Below are positions 9,440-16,480 of a DNA stretch of 32,000 nt, one piece after another. This stretch comes from Nostoc sp. PCC 7120 = FACHB-418 (lineage in GTDB: Bacteria; Cyanobacteriota; Cyanobacteriia; Cyanobacteriales; Nostocaceae). The stretch is taken from NCBI RefSeq assembly GCF_000009705.1, contig NC_003272.1:3660001-3692000 (forward strand), written 5' to 3'. The notes under the pieces are model-generated. The model worked only from the letters and a program-made list of their open reading frames with translations. It made no database searches and was not told where the DNA came from. Made by a program: the position numbers and the translations under genes. Each line of letters opens with the position of its first letter. The stretch's first letter is position 1.

Positions 9440-9820
9440 TTAGGGACTTGCAGATAAACTAAAATCATTAAATCTTTGCTGGATTGACGATATATATTTA
9501 TCATCCCAAGTACTGCCTAGTAATAGTACCCAATCCCCTTCATCTGAGGGAAATAGATGAATGTCTAGAGCAATTCCATTATTCGTTTTGATATGGGGTA
9601 AAAACAAAGGAATATCATCAAGTGGTAATAGCCCTTCTAAAAAAAATGCTTGCTCATTAATTTTCGCTCCCTGACAGAGATTGGTGAATCCATATTTAGC
9701 TATATCACCTCCCCATGTTAATAAGCTACCATCTTTTTTTACTAAAAAATAGGCAAGCGATCGCTCCATCAAGATCATATCCAGTAGATAGTTAATTACT
9801 GGATTAGGTATATTTAGCAT
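9440..9820 (-). CDS. Hypothetical small protein, possibly an alpha/beta sensor-like fold, coupled to the GTPase gene
   Basis: 126 aa. The ATG follows the GTPase TAA with no spacer (TAAATG), and GGAGA lies 5 nt upstream. No catalytic motif was seen. The pattern AYFLVKKDGSLL...DIHLF...WVLLLGST resembles N-terminal PAS-like modules of cyanobacterial signalling proteins, which is inference only. Confidence 0.6.
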   Translation of the reverse strand: MLNIPNPVINYLLDMILMERSLAYFLVKKDGSLLTWGGDIAKYGFTNLCQGAKINEQAFFLEGLLPLDDIPLFLPHIKTNNGIALDIHLFPSDEGDWVLLLGSTWDDKYISSIQQRFNDFSLSASP

Positions 9821-10318
9821 TTATGTCTCCATAATTTTTTGAGCCAGAATTTGGAAAACATCTTCTACTCCTATTCCAGTTTTAGCACTAGTTTTTACTA
9901 CATTCCACCCTTTTTCTACTAAAGAATTAAGTTCAGCCGGGTCTATCTCCCATTCATCAGTCATATCCCATTTATTCATCACTAAAACAAACGGAATTTG
10001 ACCAAGATTATCTTCCAAGCTATTCTGTAAACGATAAGCTGTTTCTAATGTATTCTTGCGAGTTCCATCTACTACTAATAAATAGCCAGAACAACCCCGC
10101 ATATATGACATTTGTAATTTTTGTAATTCATCTTCGCCATAAATATCCCAAATAATTAAATTAATGGAATTTTCTGGGAGATGAACAAGTTTTTTATCAA
10201 CTTTAACTCCAACAGTAGTTTGATATTTTTCCGAAAAAATACTATAAACAAATCTAGCTACTAAACTAGTTTTACCAGTAGCAAATGCACCCACCATACA
10301 AATCTTTTTTTGAATCAT
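9821..10318 (-). CDS. Ras/Rab-like small GTPase
   Basis: 165 aa with all five G motifs: G1 GAFATGKT, switch-I Thr in YQTTVGV, G3 WDIYGE, G4 NKWD, G5 TSAKTGIGVEDVF. It aligns by eye along the whole length of H-Ras. Confidence 0.85.
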   Translation of the reverse strand: MIQKKICMVGAFATGKTSLVARFVYSIFSEKYQTTVGVKVDKKLVHLPENSINLIIWDIYGEDELQKLQMSYMRGCSGYLLVVDGTRKNTLETAYRLQNSLEDNLGQIPFVLVMNKWDMTDEWEIDPAELNSLVEKGWNVVKTSAKTGIGVEDVFQILAQKIMET

Positions 10319-10333
10319 ACCCTTGAGTTTGAT

Positions 10334-12133
10334 TTATTTCGAGCTGCCAACCCTCATAATTATGACCTTGAAAGACACTCTGCGATTAAATTTTTTACCT
10401 TCATCTGTCAATTCTGGCTGCAAAGGTTGGCTAGAACTTACTCCTAATACTTGTAACTGGCTGGTGCTAATCCCTTGAGAAGATAGATAAGATAAAACTC
10501 TCTGACTGCGTCCTGCGCTCAGTTGAGCATTCCTTGATTCTGTACCAGTAGTATTAGTATGTCCTATTATTTGAATATGTACATCTTTCTCTAGATATTT
10601 AGCGATGGGTAAAAGTTTTTTAATTGCTAATACTAAGTTATTTAATTTAGATAATTCACTAGGAATAATTTCTTGAGAGCCTTCTGGAAAAAAGATAATT
10701 TCTCGCTCAATTTGACTTTGGTATATTGCTAATTCGTTTAATTCGCTTTCTACAAGATCCTGATCTTGAAATTGAGTTAATCCGGGTATTACAGACCATG
10801 ATTTACGTGTGGCTAAAATCCATTGACGGGGTGCAGAGCCAACAGCATAGAGAACGCCATTATGATCAATTCTTAGTGATGCAGTAGGTGGAGGTTGGAG
10901 TAATTTATTTACCCTTTTTATCATCAACTGGGGTTCTAAAGATAAATAACTTTGCCAATGACTGACAATTGTTTGAGGATTGAGTTTTGTTTGTTGTAGT
11001 AAGGTATGGGGATCTGATGCCAAGGGATCACGCAATCCAGAGATAAAATATTTACCGAACTGCTGTTTGGTGTCAGTTACCACAATACCGGGTTGAGAAT
11101 CGAGTTCTTGCAAGTAAGCACGCCAACGTAATTGCTCTCTGACAGCAAGAAAACTCCAAATCCCACAGGCGATCGCTATAATACCTAAAAAAGTCCAAGC
11201 GTATTTGTAACTTTTTTTTGACGCAGATTTAAATTTATACTGGCTGATTAGGCAAGATTCTAAATAAGGCTGACATACTTGAAATGGTTTTGCATCCCCA
11301 GCAAAGTCTTTCATCTCTCGACTCAGCTTGAGATGAATTTTTTCAATTGCTGTTTGCAGACTTAATCTCAATTCTTGGGGGGGATTACCCCGGATTGTCG
11401 CCGCTAATAAGGCTTGTGGCCCTTCTGTAATCCAGATTCGCAGTTCTCCAAAACGCAAACTTTGCAATTGATCTGTTTTTTGAACACTAAAAGAATCTTT
11501 GATAAAGTCTTGAATAGCGGTCAACATCGCCACCACTAAATCTGGGTCTTGGCTGGTTACTTGATTGGCTACAAGATGTTGCAACAATAATCCTGTATTT
11601 TTATGTATTAAGAATATCTGTTCTACTCGATAAACTAATGTCCGCAATAAAACTATTTCTGCAAATGGTTTTCCTGTACGTTTCGCTTCTAGTCGCCATT
11701 GCAAACTTTCCCAGGAAAAACTATGCTCTAGAGCTTGGTTGAGGGATTGCATCATTTCATCGAGCAATGTAGCGATCGCTTTCCGAGATGCAGGAATAAT
11801 GACTGGAAAAAAAGCTTCTGAAAGTATATTTTCATCTTGTTGAACAGAAACTTGAATCGCTTCTTCAACAATAGAAATCATCGCTGCAATTAGTTGTTTA
11901 TCTTGTTGCGATCTTAAGATCACAGCCTCTGGAAGTAAGCGACTAATATCTTCTGGTCTGATGTGTGGATTATCTAAAAGTTCATAAAGTTGGTTAAGTT
12001 TAGCTGGCTCAACTCCCAACAACAAACTCCGAAGTTTACTAAGTTCATCATCAACTTTAGTGATTTTGTTAATTAATGATAAGTCATTACCAGGGGATAT
12101 TTGACTGCTAGAATCTATTGCATCATTATTCAT
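10334..12133 (-). CDS. Bitopic membrane protein with a C-terminal OmpA/MotB-type peptidoglycan-binding domain
   Basis: 599 aa with a single TM at about residues 312-331, preceded by a Lys-rich stretch. The C-terminus has the OmpA-like signature (IQIIGHTNTTGTESRNAQLSAGRSQRVLSYL...NRRVSFKVI). The N-terminal 300 aa are soluble and have no recognised family. Confidence 0.85.
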   Translation of the reverse strand: MNNDAIDSSSQISPGNDLSLINKITKVDDELSKLRSLLLGVEPAKLNQLYELLDNPHIRPEDISRLLPEAVILRSQQDKQLIAAMISIVEEAIQVSVQQDENILSEAFFPVIIPASRKAIATLLDEMMQSLNQALEHSFSWESLQWRLEAKRTGKPFAEIVLLRTLVYRVEQIFLIHKNTGLLLQHLVANQVTSQDPDLVVAMLTAIQDFIKDSFSVQKTDQLQSLRFGELRIWITEGPQALLAATIRGNPPQELRLSLQTAIEKIHLKLSREMKDFAGDAKPFQVCQPYLESCLISQYKFKSASKKSYKYAWTFLGIIAIACGIWSFLAVREQLRWRAYLQELDSQPGIVVTDTKQQFGKYFISGLRDPLASDPHTLLQQTKLNPQTIVSHWQSYLSLEPQLMIKRVNKLLQPPPTASLRIDHNGVLYAVGSAPRQWILATRKSWSVIPGLTQFQDQDLVESELNELAIYQSQIEREIIFFPEGSQEIIPSELSKLNNLVLAIKKLLPIAKYLEKDVHIQIIGHTNTTGTESRNAQLSAGRSQRVLSYLSSQGISTSQLQVLGVSSSQPLQPELTDEGKKFNRRVSFKVIIMRVGSSK

Positions 12134-12375
12134 TAATATAATCCCCCAAACTACACTCTATAATTAGATAATTTTTTAGGCAAACTAGCCAGGAGAATTA
12201 GAATATATCTGGCAATATTTACCTCTTAAGTAAGCCAATGGGGACAACATAAAACTATATAAATAAAGATAAGCTAGGCTAAAAACCTCTTTCTTAGCCT
12301 TACAATCTCTGCCTTATCCAACCTGCAAATATTTACGCTGTTCTGCTTATGTACTGAAAATATTGGATGATTTTC

Positions 12376-12978
12376 TTATTTATTTAGCCGAAAAGCAATT
12401 TCTGTGAATAAATCTGCCAGATGAGTCCGGTCAGCTTTATCATGACTTAGTTGCTGAGTTTCTTTTTCTATCAAACTATTTATTTCTTCATATTTTTGTC
12501 TAATTTCATCTTGTAAATTTTTCGATTGAATTAAAATTTGTTCGCGTAGATTACGTTGATTACTAATAGTTTGTTCAGCAAACTGAACCAATTTCTTCTC
12601 TAATGATGTATGAAGAAATTTATACTCCTCCGTAATTGCTTTTAAATGAGATTCTCTTTCCATTTGCTCATTTTTTATACTTTCACTTAAAACTTCAACT
12701 TCCGCCTTTATATATACCTCTAAAGCATCCAAGCGTTCTTTAGTTTCATCTCGTACATGAGATAATTCTTTAACTATCCGTTCTTCCAAACCAGCAAACC
12801 TCTTGTCGAGTTCCTGCATTTGGTTACCAATGAGAATCTCTCTAATTTTGTCTAAATTATTACTTTCACTAACACTAGTACGGGATTGTTGTTTATTTAT
12901 TGTTGAATTGATGCTACCGTTCTCTAATGATCTTGCATTGTTATCGGTAGAGGCTTCGGTTAGATTCATAGATGACAA
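12376..12978 (-). CDS. Coiled-coil protein, hypothetical
   Basis: 200 aa. A Ser/Asn-rich N-terminus is followed by about 150 aa of heptad-like charged sequence (LEERIVKELSHVRDETKERLDALEVYIKAEVEVL...). Confidence 0.65.
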   Translation of the reverse strand: MSSMNLTEASTDNNARSLENGSINSTINKQQSRTSVSESNNLDKIREILIGNQMQELDKRFAGLEERIVKELSHVRDETKERLDALEVYIKAEVEVLSESIKNEQMERESHLKAITEEYKFLHTSLEKKLVQFAEQTISNQRNLREQILIQSKNLQDEIRQKYEEINSLIEKETQQLSHDKADRTHLADLFTEIAFRLNK

Positions 12979-13117
12979 CCCTGATTAATACTGAAAAAAT
13001 ATACAAGATTTATTCTTGCATATTACACTCAATAATACCATTCTAGGCAAGAGTGTATGATTACACTCTCTACCAGTATAAACATATCTAATTTTCACTG
13101 AATATAAATAAATCTTT

Positions 13118-14503
13118 CTAAATCAGAAACCGGATTAACACATACAATGCTGAGGCAATTAGTTGTAATATTGTGACTGGAATACCATAGTGAAGAAAAG
13201 TTTTAAAAGAAATCCGTCGTCCGTGCTGTTCGGAAATTCCCGCCGCTACGATGTTAGACGATGCACCAACTAACGTACCATTCCCGCCTAAGGTTGCACC
13301 AAACATCATGGCGTAAAACAATGGTAAAACTTCTGGGGGAAATTGTCCTTGAAAGTCGCGTGCTAAGACTTCTGCGGGTGCTAATCCTACAGTGACAAGG
13401 TATTGCTTGAGCAGGGGAACCATCGCCACTACCAAGGGAATATTAGGTACGACACTCGATAAAATTCCTACAAGAAACAACAACACCAGAGAACCCAAGA
13501 TAATATTTTTTCCTAAAATAGCTGCCAATATCCCTGATAGACCACCAATTACGCCTGTTTTTTCTAATCCTCCAATCAGCACAAAAATACTCATAAAAAA
13601 TATTAATGTACTCCAGTCTACATCGCGCAAAATATTGTTGACTGTATCAATTTTGCTATGGTGAGATAGTAGTAAAGCCAAAGCTGCGCCTAACAGAGCC
13701 ACAGCCGCCGGGGAAATCGGTATTGGCAGGGATTCTCCAATCACAAAAAATAGCAGGACAAAAGCGACAATTACTGCACCCAGACTCAAAACCCGTGGAT
13801 GATTAATTTCTGGGTGTGGTAATTCTTCCAGATTCTCTAATTTTGTATGCCAAATTTTGCGGAATAAAAATGGCAAAGTGAGAGTTACCACAGCGACTGC
13901 AATGACACCACCTAAACTCAGTTTCCATAGATAATCTATAAAACTTATATTGACAGCATCACCTACAATAAATGTTGCTGGGTCACCTACTAATGTCAGC
14001 AATCCAGCACTATTGGCAATCAAAACCATCAATATCAATAAAGGTACAAAATTTATCCCTATTTCTTGTGCCATTGGTGGAATTAGTGGCGCTAACAACA
14101 TCACTGTTGTTGCATTTGGTAAAACTGCACAAATAGGAGTAACAATAGCAACAATACCGAGTAAAAGACGCTTACCATCGCCTTTAGCTAATATCACTAT
14201 TTGGGTTGCCAAATAATCAAATATCTTAGTAGGCTCAAATGCTCTAACTAAAACCATTACACCAAAAAATAATCCCAGTGTGCCATAACTATTACCAATG
14301 TAAGCAACAGCTTCCTGTAAAGTCATCACATTAGTAAATACTAATAATAATGCTCCTAATAAGGCTGCAATAGTCAAATGCACCCATTCCGTCATAACTA
14401 GAAAGATGACACTGATAAATACGATGACACTTAGGAGTGCTTGCCAGTTTTCCACGCCTACCTCTTGTAGCTTATATTGTTGCGTAATAGCGAAAAAAGT
14501 CAC
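13118..14503 (-). CDS. ArsB/NhaD-superfamily (CitMHS/SLC13-like) ion permease
   Basis: 461-aa polytopic membrane protein with blocks typical of this superfamily (LLTLVGDPATFIVG, GGNGTLVGASSNIV). The GTG start at 14503 lies inside a hairpin. An alternative GTG at 14455 is preceded by AGAGG. Confidence 0.75.
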   Translation of the reverse strand: MTFFAITQQYKLQEVGVENWQALLSVIVFISVIFLVMTEWVHLTIAALLGALLLVFTNVMTLQEAVAYIGNSYGTLGLFFGVMVLVRAFEPTKIFDYLATQIVILAKGDGKRLLLGIVAIVTPICAVLPNATTVMLLAPLIPPMAQEIGINFVPLLILMVLIANSAGLLTLVGDPATFIVGDAVNISFIDYLWKLSLGGVIAVAVVTLTLPFLFRKIWHTKLENLEELPHPEINHPRVLSLGAVIVAFVLLFFVIGESLPIPISPAAVALLGAALALLLSHHSKIDTVNNILRDVDWSTLIFFMSIFVLIGGLEKTGVIGGLSGILAAILGKNIILGSLVLLFLVGILSSVVPNIPLVVAMVPLLKQYLVTVGLAPAEVLARDFQGQFPPEVLPLFYAMMFGATLGGNGTLVGASSNIVAAGISEQHGRRISFKTFLHYGIPVTILQLIASALYVLIRFLI

Positions 14504-14524
14504 CTAAAATATGGTGACTTTTTT
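14493..14524 (-). terminator. Hairpin plus U-run between the USP-like gene and the permease gene
   Basis: The minus strand reads aaaaaagtcacc-atatttta-ggtgactttttt. The GC core is only 6 bp, so this is a weak terminator or attenuator candidate. Confidence 0.4.
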
Positions 14525-14570
14525 CTGTATTTTCATTTAGATAAATAACTTCTGAAAGTCGGGGTCAGAA

Positions 14571-15275
14571 TTATTCATCTATACATTCAGGAATCCCTAA
14601 GACAGCACAGGGGAAATTATAACCTAAGGTTTCAATGAGAGGATGATAAACAGATTTACAACCCAAAAATAAGATATCAGCAGCTTCAAATTCTGCAACT
14701 TTTCTCAACTCTGTACTTACACAACCGAAGCGTAGATGAGATTTGAATGAACCTTGCCATTCTTCAGCCAAAGTTCTTGCCTGCCAAATAATTCTATCTG
14801 CTTCTTGCAGTGGTGTTAGTGTGTCTGTTTGAAGATATGATTTAATTCCTGTCAGTTTCGGTTGAGTAATTACAGATGTGCTGGATTTTTTTGTTTCACT
14901 TGGCGGCAATTCTATTGTCGGCAAGCGTTTAGCAAAGCTTAAAATATTAGAACGATTTTTTGTGTTGCTATCTTCTACTACATAAACAGCTTGCACAGTG
15001 ACTTGTTGATTAGTCGCCAACCTTGTTTGATGGGCAATCCAACAGGCTATATCTAGTGCTGTATGGCTGTTAGGAGAAGCGTCATAACCAACAATTAAGT
15101 TGATTGATTGTGTTGTTTGACCTTTTTGGGGTTCTGGTAATAAAACCATTTGGTCAATTAAATCATCACGACCCATAGCACTTTGCAGGCGTGCTAACAT
15201 TGGCTTAATTTTCACAGCTTTAACTTCTCCTAAACTTAACGAACACATCAACGAGAAGCAGGGTAAAACGGACAT
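14571..15275 (-). CDS. Universal stress protein (UspA)-like protein
   Basis: 234-aa ORF. INLIVGYDASPNSHTALDIA and ADILFLGCKS...CAVLGIP resemble the first strand and C-terminal blocks of USP domains. No canonical G-2x-G-9x-G(S/T) ATP motif was seen. The start is uncertain: 15275 ATG, 15215 GTG after AGGAG, or 15200 ATG. Confidence 0.6.
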   Translation of the reverse strand: MSVLPCFSLMCSLSLGEVKAVKIKPMLARLQSAMGRDDLIDQMVLLPEPQKGQTTQSINLIVGYDASPNSHTALDIACWIAHQTRLATNQQVTVQAVYVVEDSNTKNRSNILSFAKRLPTIELPPSETKKSSTSVITQPKLTGIKSYLQTDTLTPLQEADRIIWQARTLAEEWQGSFKSHLRFGCVSTELRKVAEFEAADILFLGCKSVYHPLIETLGYNFPCAVLGIPECIDE

Positions 15276-15330
15276 TCATATCCGTAAGGAAACCCCAATA
15301 ACAACTGGTATCAAAGCCAAAGTCTTGGGG

Positions 15331-15540
15331 GTTCCTTCCATTGCCGACGGAGTTAGCTGACGGGCTAAGACTGGAAGGTGTCTCTCTTTAAGAGTGCGGA
15401 GTAATGAGTAATGAGTGCTGAGTTTAATACTTGGTTACTCTTGACTGTTTACTCTAGGTTAGCTACTCTCTGCAAGATGCGCCCCATAACATGGTTCCTC
15501 CGTTCCAAATGATTGCAAACTTAATTTGAATTAGGCTACC
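15331..15540 (-). promoter_or_regulatory. c-di-AMP riboswitch-like leader (ydaO-yuaA class), copy B
   Basis: The minus strand reads UUCAAAU-loop-AUUUGGA ACGGAGGAACCA UGUUA UGGGGCGCAUCU ... CCUUCCA GUCUUAGCCCGUCAGCUAACUCCGUCGGCAA UGGAAGG. The blocks ACGGAGGAACC, UGGGG..AUC and CCCGNCAGCUAAC.CCG..GGCAAU match the ydaO aptamer as I remember it. It is paralogous to copy A. Confidence 0.7.
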
Positions 15541-15563
15541 CACTAAAGAGATAATAGACTACT

Positions 15564-16424
15564 TTACTCTTCTTGAGCAAAATATTTGTCGAGAAAGTTT
15601 AAGGCATGATTACGAAGTTCAAAGTATGCTTTTGAGTTACGTATAGCAGACCTGTCGCGTGGATGAGAAAATGGTACTTCTAATATTTCTCCAATGTTTG
15701 CGGCTGGGCCATTTGTCATTAATACGATGCGATGGGCTACGCCCCGCCGTAGGCGATCGCTCATATAAATTGCCTCATCGACATCATGGGTAATCATCAT
15801 TACTGCTTGGCGATTATTTTCCCAGATATCTAATACTTGTCTTTGTAATTTACCTCTAGTTAAATCATCTAATGCGCCAAAAGGTTCATCCATTAACAGC
15901 ATTTTTGGACGAATGGCTAAGGCTCTGGCACTCCCTACTCTTTGTTTCATACCTCCAGAGATTTCATCAGGATATTTATCTGCTGCCGGGGTCAAGTTTA
16001 CCATTGCCAAGTGTTTGTTCACAATGCCAATTTTTTCTGCTCCATTAGCATTTTTTAACACTTCATCAACTGCTAGACGGATATTTTTCTTCACTGTTAA
16101 CCACGGTAAGAGGGAATAATTTTGAAATACCATCATTCTTTCCGCACCTGGCTTGTGAATTTCTTTACCGTCAAGCCTGACTGAGCCAGAAGTGCTTTTT
16201 TCTAAGCCCGCCACAATTTTTAATAAAGTGGATTTGCCGCATCCAGAATGTCCAATTACAGAAATAAATTCGTTTTCAATAATAGTTAAATTCACCCCAT
16301 CTAAAACAACAAAGTTACTTTTATCTGGTGTTAGATAAGACCTAACTAAATTCTCAATTTCTAAAAAATTAGTGCGCGGTATAGCTTTGTCATGAGCATC
16401 TATTGTTGATGGTGTATATTTCAT
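15564..16424 (-). CDS. ABC transporter ATP-binding protein, NitT/TauT (NrtD/CmpD/SsuB-like) family
   Basis: 286 aa with Walker A GHSGCGKST, signature ISGGMKQR, Walker B LLMDEPFGALD and H-loop ITHD. AGGAG lies 8 nt upstream of the ATG. Confidence 0.9.
   Translation of the reverse strand: MKYTPSTIDAHDKAIPRTNFLEIENLVRSYLTPDKSNFVVLDGVNLTIIENEFISVIGHSGCGKSTLLKIVAGLEKSTSGSVRLDGKEIHKPGAERMMVFQNYSLLPWLTVKKNIRLAVDEVLKNANGAEKIGIVNKHLAMVNLTPAADKYPDEISGGMKQRVGSARALAIRPKMLLMDEPFGALDDLTRGKLQRQVLDIWENNRQAVMMITHDVDEAIYMSDRLRRGVAHRIVLMTNGPAANIGEILEVPFSHPRDRSAIRNSKAYFELRNHALNFLDKYFAQEE
15729..15752. repeat. 24-nt in-frame palindromic mini-insertion (small-dispersed-repeat-like) inside the ABC ATPase gene
   Basis: The coding strand reads GATCGC|CTACGGCGGGGCGTAGCCCATCGC|ATC. 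This adds LRRGVAHR between the normally contiguous SDR and IV(L/M)MTNGP. It is flanked by direct ATCGC and has a near-palindromic core (GCCTACG...CGTAGCC). Confidence 0.5.
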
Positions 16425-16480
16425 ATCAAATGCTCCTAAAAGTTTTTAACTATGTATCAATAAAAATCAAAATTCCCAGT

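Noticed and set aside
12280-12330. Hairpin aggctaa-N11-ttagcct downstream of the coiled-coil gene, considered as its terminator.
   Set aside because: The stem is 7-8 bp and AT-rich, the loop is 11 nt, and no U-run follows on the coding strand. I cannot decide whether the coiled-coil gene is transcribed separately from the operon at 10334-12133.
12803-14216. Plus-strand ORFs 12803-12988, 13392-13664 and 13950-14216. The same question applies to 150-350, 446-673, 1809-2084, 2555-2758, 4198-4494, 7618-8019, 8182-8388, 9062-9286, 15913-16119, 18028-18210, 22327-22745, 23318-23551, 24993-25442, 26186-26371, 28295-28483 and 29084-29266.
   Set aside because: All are fully nested in, antisense to, or out of frame with much longer ORFs that carry clear family motifs. 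None has a start context or motif of its own.
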